Source of the DNA: a virus
Lineage: Duplodnaviria; Caudoviricetes
Direction: 5' to 3' (one strand)
Length of the DNA: 64,000 bases
IMG/VR virus record: IMGVR_UViG_3300010347_002030
Position numbers and translations under genes: made by a program. Shown in pieces: positions 59,070 through 64,000 of this stretch. Position 1 is the first letter of the stretch, and each line of letters begins with the position of its first letter. The notes beneath the pieces are model-generated. The model was given only the letters and a program-made list of their open reading frames with translations. It was not told where the DNA came from and made no database searches.

Positions 59070-59163
59070 ACTGGCGACACAGCATACTTATTTTTTCTCG
59101 CCTGTCAAGCCCGTTTTTCATTTTTTGTTCACCGCCGAAAATACTTATACGTGAGACGCTTTT

Positions 59164-60186
59164 ATGCCAAAAGTCCTATTCATCTGTAAACAACGCCAAA
59201 CGGAATACGGGGTATCCTACGGTCTTCTGAACTCGTGCCGCTTTCTCTGCAATGCATTGAAAACGCTCGGGGTGGAAGGGAAGGTCGTATCAGTCATTGA
59301 CAACAATTGTATCGATAAAGAAGTCCACCAGTACAAGCCTACGCATGTATTTATCGAAGCGTTGTGGGTGGTTCCGGAGAAGTTCCACGTTTTGCTCCCT
59401 CTCCATAAAAACGTCAAATGGTATGTGCGGCTTCACAGCAACGTTCCATTTCTCGCCAATGAAGGGGTTGCCATGGAATGGATTGTTAAATACGACAAGA
59501 TCCAAAAGCAATATCCAAACTTTTTCATCTCGCCGAACTCGGATAAGCTTGTGGAGGCTCTTTGGAAAACCCGCCAGATAAAGACAATCTATGCCCCCAA
59601 CGTTTATTGTCCGCACAAATACTTGGACGCAAAATACGAGCGGGTGCCCATTGATAAAAGCTCGGACGTGCTGAACGTGGGATGCTTTGGGGCTATCCGG
59701 CCAATGAAAAACCATTTGACACAAGCAATGGCGTCCATGATTTTTGCAAACAAACTTGGAAAACGCCTGCATTTCCACATCAACGGGCGTTGCGAGCAAA
59801 ACGGAGAGAACGGACATCGAAACCTTGTACATCTCTTTGCTGGCACTCCGCACAAGCTGATTGGGCATCCGTGGGTAAATCACGATGAGTTTATGAGTTT
59901 GGTGAAAGAAATGGACCTCGGTATTCAAATTTCTTTCTCGGAAACATTCAACATCGTTGCGGCGGATTTCGTGACTGCCGGGGTTCCCATTGTGGGCTCA
60001 AGTGAAATAAGCTGGCTCAACATGTGGTATAAAGAACCATACCCAACTGATATCGACGACATCGTTTTGTTCCTGTATTTGGCCTACTACGGAAGAAAAA
60101 TCAACCTGCATTCTTTGAACAAACTCGGGCTGGATGTTTACAACTGCAAAGCTCTTGATGCGTGGGTCGATCTACTTTTTTACTAA
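59164..60186 (+). CDS. Glycosyltransferase-like protein (GT-B)
   Basis: GCFGAIRPMKN, QISFSETFNIVAAD..GVPIV; TACTTATA upstream. Confidence 0.7.
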   Translation: MPKVLFICKQRQTEYGVSYGLLNSCRFLCNALKTLGVEGKVVSVIDNNCIDKEVHQYKPTHVFIEALWVVPEKFHVLLPLHKNVKWYVRLHSNVPFLANEGVAMEWIVKYDKIQKQYPNFFISPNSDKLVEALWKTRQIKTIYAPNVYCPHKYLDAKYERVPIDKSSDVLNVGCFGAIRPMKNHLTQAMASMIFANKLGKRLHFHINGRCEQNGENGHRNLVHLFAGTPHKLIGHPWVNHDEFMSLVKEMDLGIQISFSETFNIVAADFVTAGVPIVGSSEISWLNMWYKEPYPTDIDDIVLFLYLAYYGRKINLHSLNKLGLDVYNCKALDAWVDLLFY

Positions 60187-60333
60187 AAAGTTGACGTTTT
60201 CATTTTTCGGCAATACTTATCTCTTGAAGACCCGAAGTCTCCAATAAGGTAGGAACGCAATCCACCTTCGCAGCTTAAACCGTATTTTCGTACTTGACTT
60301 TTTAGAGAAAGTCGGTATGTTGAGGAACGTATT

Positions 60334-60756
60334 ATGCAAATTCCAGACTACTGCACGCCAGAACGAAACATGGATTTCAATGTCCTTGAAGGAAAGACCC
60401 TGACTGCGGTCAAGGGCTCCAAGGGTGACGGCGAGATTGTGTTCACTACGTCCGAGGGCGAGCAGTATATGCTCTGGCACGAACAGGACTGCTGTGAGTC
60501 CGTTTTGGTGGATGACATCTGCGGTGAATGGGATGAAGTTTTGAACTCGCCAATTCTCAAGGCCGAGGCGTCTAGCAACACCCCCGAAGGGTTCGTTGAC
60601 CCTCATGCTCCAAAGGAAAGCGACTGGGGCCGAGAGTCCTTCACTTGGACTTTCTACCGAATTACTACGATGTTGGGCCAAGTTGTAATTCGTTGGTATG
60701 GAACGAGTAATGGCTATTACTCTGAACGGGTGTCTTTCTGCAAACTGGTGCCCTAA
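60334..60756 (+). CDS. Conserved phage hypothetical protein
   Basis: HEQDCCESV, TWTFY, RWYGTSNGYYSE; promoter TTGACT-16-TATGTT at 60294-60321. Confidence 0.75.
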   Translation: MQIPDYCTPERNMDFNVLEGKTLTAVKGSKGDGEIVFTTSEGEQYMLWHEQDCCESVLVDDICGEWDEVLNSPILKAEASSNTPEGFVDPHAPKESDWGRESFTWTFYRITTMLGQVVIRWYGTSNGYYSERVSFCKLVP

Positions 60757-60775
60757 AGAAAGTTTGCGAAAGTAC

Positions 60776-60845
60776 TTGACTTTTTGACGGAAATCTGTAT
60801 GATGACCGTCACGCTCGATAAAAAGAGCATTGATCTTTGTAAACA
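60776..60845 (+). promoter_or_regulatory. sigma70 promoter followed by boxB-like hairpin and boxA-like sequence
   Basis: TTGACT-16-TATGAT (60776-60803); GCTC-gataaaaa-GAGC hairpin (60813-60828); TGATCTTTGTAAACA (60831-60845). Confidence 0.6.
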
Positions 60846-60850
60846 ATTTT

Positions 60851-61073
60851 GCTGGCTATGGAAGGGCTTCCTTCTACTCTATTACCAAGAACACCAGTTC
60901 TCTATTTACCAGCGAAACAATTTGTCGGCTATGGAACAGGCTTCCTTCTAACTTTTCCTGTTAAGAAAAAAAACCAGCTTGTCCGGTTACCGATGAAAAC
61001 TATGAGCGGCTATGGAAGGACTTCCTTCTAATTTTATACTGAAAAAAAAAACCAGTTCTCTATTTTCCGCTCA
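60851..61073 (+). ncRNA. Array of three tandem structured RNA motifs (60851-60913, 60924-60994, 61003-61073)
   Basis: Shared GGCTATGGAA..CTTCCTTCTA..ACCAG core; the outer and inner helices differ between copies but keep pairing. Confidence 0.75.
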
Positions 61074-61111
61074 CCAATTTTGAAAAACAAGTAAACATGA
61101 AAGGAACGCAT

Positions 61112-63247
61112 ATGTTGACTCAGACTCAAATCTACCTCGAAAAGCGATTGAAGGTCATCCTCCCGAAGGGAACCTGCAACACTGGCGAAGTGGGCAAGCG
61201 ACTCGTCGCTACCATCGCCAAGAACTACGAAGCTTTGGGCTATGTCTTTAGCCCTCGACTCTTCCGTGCTCTCACCAAGTTGACTGAAACTCAGTTGACC
61301 GCCTTCTACCAGAGCACCCTCCCGGTCCTCAAGCAAATGCGTGGGGCTCACCGTTCATTTAATCCTATGTACCCGAACTTCCCGAAGCAAGTCATGGAAG
61401 CGAGTGCATTGGAACTGTACATGAACGCCATCCTCCATTACTGGTCCTTCTGGGCCAAGGATGCTGGCCTGACCGACGAAACTTGGCTTCCTGAGTACAA
61501 GAAGGAAGAGCGTATGCCTCTGACTGAGCCGACCAAGCTCGACATGATCGACCTTGGCTCTCAGGCCGATTTCGACAAAATTTTCACGGTCCTCGTGGAA
61601 GCGAAGTCTTCTATCTCGGAGTCCGACAAGGCAATCTTGGATTGGTTTGTCCAGACCTACCGTAATCAGGTTCTCCCTCTGTTGCCTGAGACCATTGCGA
61701 CCAAGGAACAACTGGCCTACGTGGCTGGCTTGCTCTTGAAGTACACTTCGTCTGCGGACGAAATGGCTCGCTACATCAAGACGCCTACGGACGTTTTGCG
61801 TGTTGCTGTCGGCTTCTCCGGTGGAGACGTGTCTCTGGCCGAAGTAACCAAGTTCAAGAAGTTTGGACGCCCTGTGCGTCGATTCCTTTTGGGGCTTTTG
61901 GAGCGTTGCAAAACTGATTTGGCCGAGGAAATGGTCAAGTACGATACTCGTTGGCAACGTCTTGGTGAAGTGATTCATCCCGGCGAATATGCCAAACAAT
62001 ATCCTCGTTCTGCAAAGGCTTTCGAGGCCATCCGAAATGGCACCGCTCAGTCTTTTGCTGGCAAGGTCGAAGAAGCTTTGCAGCTTGACGTGAATAAGGC
62101 GGTTGACCTTTTGATCAAGCGTCCCGGCGACTTCGCTCGTCGTTTGGACCACATTCTCCGAATGGGAGACGGCAAGCGTGCTACGTTTGCTCGTAAGTTC
62201 ATCAGCGTGGCCGACAAGGTTTCGACCAACGTTCTCTTGCAAGTGTTCACACATTTCAAGACTCGTGGTGAGTCCGAATTCCGTGCCGTGTTCCCGAAGG
62301 GCAATCTCGCCAAGATTCATGTCTTGGAAGGGGAAGTCCCTGCCCTCGACAAGCGATTCTGTCTCGGCTTTGCGGAGAAGGTCCGTAAGGTGCTGGTTCA
62401 GCGGTTTGCCAACCTTGACAAGATGGGCAAAGTGTACTTGGACGAAAGTCTCAAGACCTACCTCGTGCCTTTCTCTCAACGAAGTGCGGCAAAGGCCCTC
62501 AAGACCATTGCCCGTGGTTCTCAAATCCCTCTCGACGGGGATTACGATACCATTCGTTTCTTTATCTGGTGGATGAATATGTACGCTGGTAAGATTAGCG
62601 AAACGGCATGGAACAGGGGAAACCGTGTGGACATCGATTTGTCGGCATCCATTTTGGATGAAAACTTCAATGGTATTGCTGACGTGGCGTACTATAACCT
62701 GCAAGATTTCGCTGGCCATCACAGCGGAGATATTACCGACGCCCCAAATGGTGCGTCTGAGTTTATCGACATTTCCCTGAGTAAGGTGTTGCAGAGTAAT
62801 GGGCGTTACATTGTAATGTGCATCAACTCCTATACTCAGCACAAGTATTGTGATTTACCGGAATGCTTCGCCGGTTGGATGGGACGTATGTCTCCTAACA
62901 GCGGAGAAATTTATGAAGCACGAACAGTAAAGAATAAGATTGATATTGCCAGTGATACGACTGTGGTTCTGCCTCTCGTAATTGATGCCAAGACTCGTAA
63001 GGTAATTTGGATGGATCTTGGTCTCAAGCAACGTCCGCTGTGGAACAACGTTCACAATAATCGAAACAATATCAACCTTGTTGTTAAGGCAATGACTCAG
63101 TTGCACAAGCCTAACCTGTACGACTTGCTTGCTATGCACGTTGATGGCCGTGGGAAGTTGGTGCGAAATCCCAAGGAAGCAGACATCGTGTTCTCTCCGG
63201 AAACGATTGCGTTTGACACTGACACGATTCTTACAAAGTATTTGTAA
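61112..63247 (+). CDS. Large alpha-helical protein with C-terminal TerD domain
   Basis: PMYPNFP.QVM, TPTDVLR..SGGDVSL, RPGDFARRLD; TerD motifs RVDIDLSA, HSGDITDAP.GASEFIDI; RBS GAAAGGAA before the ATG at 61112. Confidence 0.8.
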   Translation: MLTQTQIYLEKRLKVILPKGTCNTGEVGKRLVATIAKNYEALGYVFSPRLFRALTKLTETQLTAFYQSTLPVLKQMRGAHRSFNPMYPNFPKQVMEASALELYMNAILHYWSFWAKDAGLTDETWLPEYKKEERMPLTEPTKLDMIDLGSQADFDKIFTVLVEAKSSISESDKAILDWFVQTYRNQVLPLLPETIATKEQLAYVAGLLLKYTSSADEMARYIKTPTDVLRVAVGFSGGDVSLAEVTKFKKFGRPVRRFLLGLLERCKTDLAEEMVKYDTRWQRLGEVIHPGEYAKQYPRSAKAFEAIRNGTAQSFAGKVEEALQLDVNKAVDLLIKRPGDFARRLDHILRMGDGKRATFARKFISVADKVSTNVLLQVFTHFKTRGESEFRAVFPKGNLAKIHVLEGEVPALDKRFCLGFAEKVRKVLVQRFANLDKMGKVYLDESLKTYLVPFSQRSAAKALKTIARGSQIPLDGDYDTIRFFIWWMNMYAGKISETAWNRGNRVDIDLSASILDENFNGIADVAYYNLQDFAGHHSGDITDAPNGASEFIDISLSKVLQSNGRYIVMCINSYTQHKYCDLPECFAGWMGRMSPNSGEIYEARTVKNKIDIASDTTVVLPLVIDAKTRKVIWMDLGLKQRPLWNNVHNNRNNINLVVKAMTQLHKPNLYDLLAMHVDGRGKLVRNPKEADIVFSPETIAFDTDTILTKYL

Positions 63248-63265
63248 TCAATTTAGGTTGATTCA

Positions 63266-63300
63266 CCCCGGTAGCGAAAGTTACCGGGGATTTTGTTTTT
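63266..63300 (+). terminator. Intrinsic terminator
   Basis: CCCCGGTAGC-gaaa-GTTACCGGGG then ATTTTGTTTTT. Confidence 0.85.
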
Positions 63301-63306
63301 ATAAGC

Positions 63307-63335
63307 TTGACAGTAGATAGAAACTGTGGTAAGAT
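63307..63335 (+). promoter_or_regulatory. sigma70 promoter (extended -10)
   Basis: TTGACA-17-TAAGAT with TG. Confidence 0.75.
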
Positions 63336-63346
63336 GAAGCTCGATA

Positions 63347-63637
63347 ATGAATCTGGGTGAGTTGAGAAAATCACTGTCTCGGTTTCCTCCTGATATGGAT
63401 GATACTGAGATATTGCTCCAGTATGTAAATGATCAGGAAAAGCTCGATGCGGATTGTTTAACATACATATCGATAGCGATGTTTCCAGAGAAGAATATGG
63501 CTGCTCTCTTACTTGGAAGTTGGAAAGCGGCTGATAAACTCTACGAAATGAATCCTGAAAAGTTTCCGTCTGGATATCAGCCTCGTCCAGAAATAAAGCC
63601 AAAAAATCAAAATACACAAACAAATGAAGAATCGTAA
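63347..63637 (+). CDS. Hypothetical protein
   Basis: MNLGELRKSLSRFPPDMD. Confidence 0.6.
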   Translation: MNLGELRKSLSRFPPDMDDTEILLQYVNDQEKLDADCLTYISIAMFPEKNMAALLLGSWKAADKLYEMNPEKFPSGYQPRPEIKPKNQNTQTNEES

Positions 63638-63824
63638 ATCAAATCGCCGTCCTCGTAACCGCCTAGCTATTTTTTATAAGAGCCATGGCGAGTACATTGG
63701 ACCCTATAATGGTCTTACCTTCACGAAACGACAAATTCGTGAGTTGCGTGAAGATGGAACCCTCCAGTACATCAGTAACTATATCCTCCGCTCTCCCCTG
63801 CAACTTCGCAGGCGAGTTGCCTAG
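63624..63824 (+). CDS. Small basic hypothetical protein
   Basis: 66 aa, overlapping start. Confidence 0.5.
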   Translation: MKNRKSNRRPRNRLAIFYKSHGEYIGPYNGLTFTKRQIRELREDGTLQYISNYILRSPLQLRRRVA

Positions 63825-64000
63825 GAACGAATCCCCTACTGTTGTAGTAAACGTTCGGCATGAAAAACCGGACGTTTACTGCGGCAGGCCGTCCATCTAT
63901 GGAAATCCATATCGTATAGGAAAAGATGGAACCCGAGTTGATGTCATTCTTAAATACATTGACTATTTCTTTGATAGAATGGCAAAAGATGTAGAGTTTC
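63817..64000 (+). CDS. DUF4326-like protein, runs off window end
   Basis: Manual translation: VVNVRHEKPDVYCGRPSIYGNPYRIGKDGTRVDVILKY. Confidence 0.75.
   Translation, partial: MPRNESPTVVVNVRHEKPDVYCGRPSIYGNPYRIGKDGTRVDVILKYIDYFFDRMAKDVEF

Noticed and set aside
60849-61031. 60-aa ORF over the RNA array
   Set aside because: TTG start with no RBS, repeats fall in different frames, and conservation follows base pairing rather than codons
60851-61073. CRISPR array (a Cas4-like gene is present at 9937)
   Set aside because: The between-repeat segments share ACCAG and base-pair with the repeat, so they are not unique spacers; there is no cas operon, and solo Cas4-like nucleases are common in phages
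61355-62842. 495-aa antisense ORF (also 16766-17464, 37871-38512, 55275-55934, 56440-57066, 59290-59928)
   Set aside because: Shadows of well-supported genes on the opposite strand, with no motifs of their own
1-64000. Stop-codon reassignment as seen in some jumbo phages
   Set aside because: Conserved genes are full length in the standard code, TAG/TGA/TAA all end genes, and the broken genes need frameshifts rather than read-through

Overview
A 64-kb segment of a large T4-related (jumbo-type) dsDNA bacteriophage, read in the standard genetic code. The left and middle parts hold a replication module and an unusually large set of glycan genes. The replication module has a family-B DNA polymerase that carries a LAGLIDADG intein and is split into two ORFs around an HNH gene, plus a sliding clamp, clamp loader, intein-containing SF2 helicase, Cas4-like nuclease and dUTPase. 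The glycan set has roughly 15 glycosyltransferase-like ORFs, Gmd, a ColD-type dehydratase, methyltransferases, a sulfotransferase and a B12 radical SAM enzyme. Probable virion/late genes there are preceded by a TATTTAT motif. The right third is a sigma70-promoter (early) region with an RNA-repair cluster (kinase, phosphoesterase, two RNA ligases, cyclic-phosphate receiver), rIIA/rIIB, ClpP and a large TerD-domain protein. The best candidate for a new system is at 60776-63300. It is one transcription unit: promoter, boxB/boxA-like antiterminator, three tandem ~65-70 nt covarying stem-loop RNAs with an invariant CUUCCUUCUA...ACCAG loop, then a helical+TerD protein gene and a terminator. A second candidate ncRNA (~160 nt) sits inside the RNA-repair cluster. 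Three genes carry frameshifts, so sequence errors cannot be excluded. All family calls come from motif recognition, not database searches.
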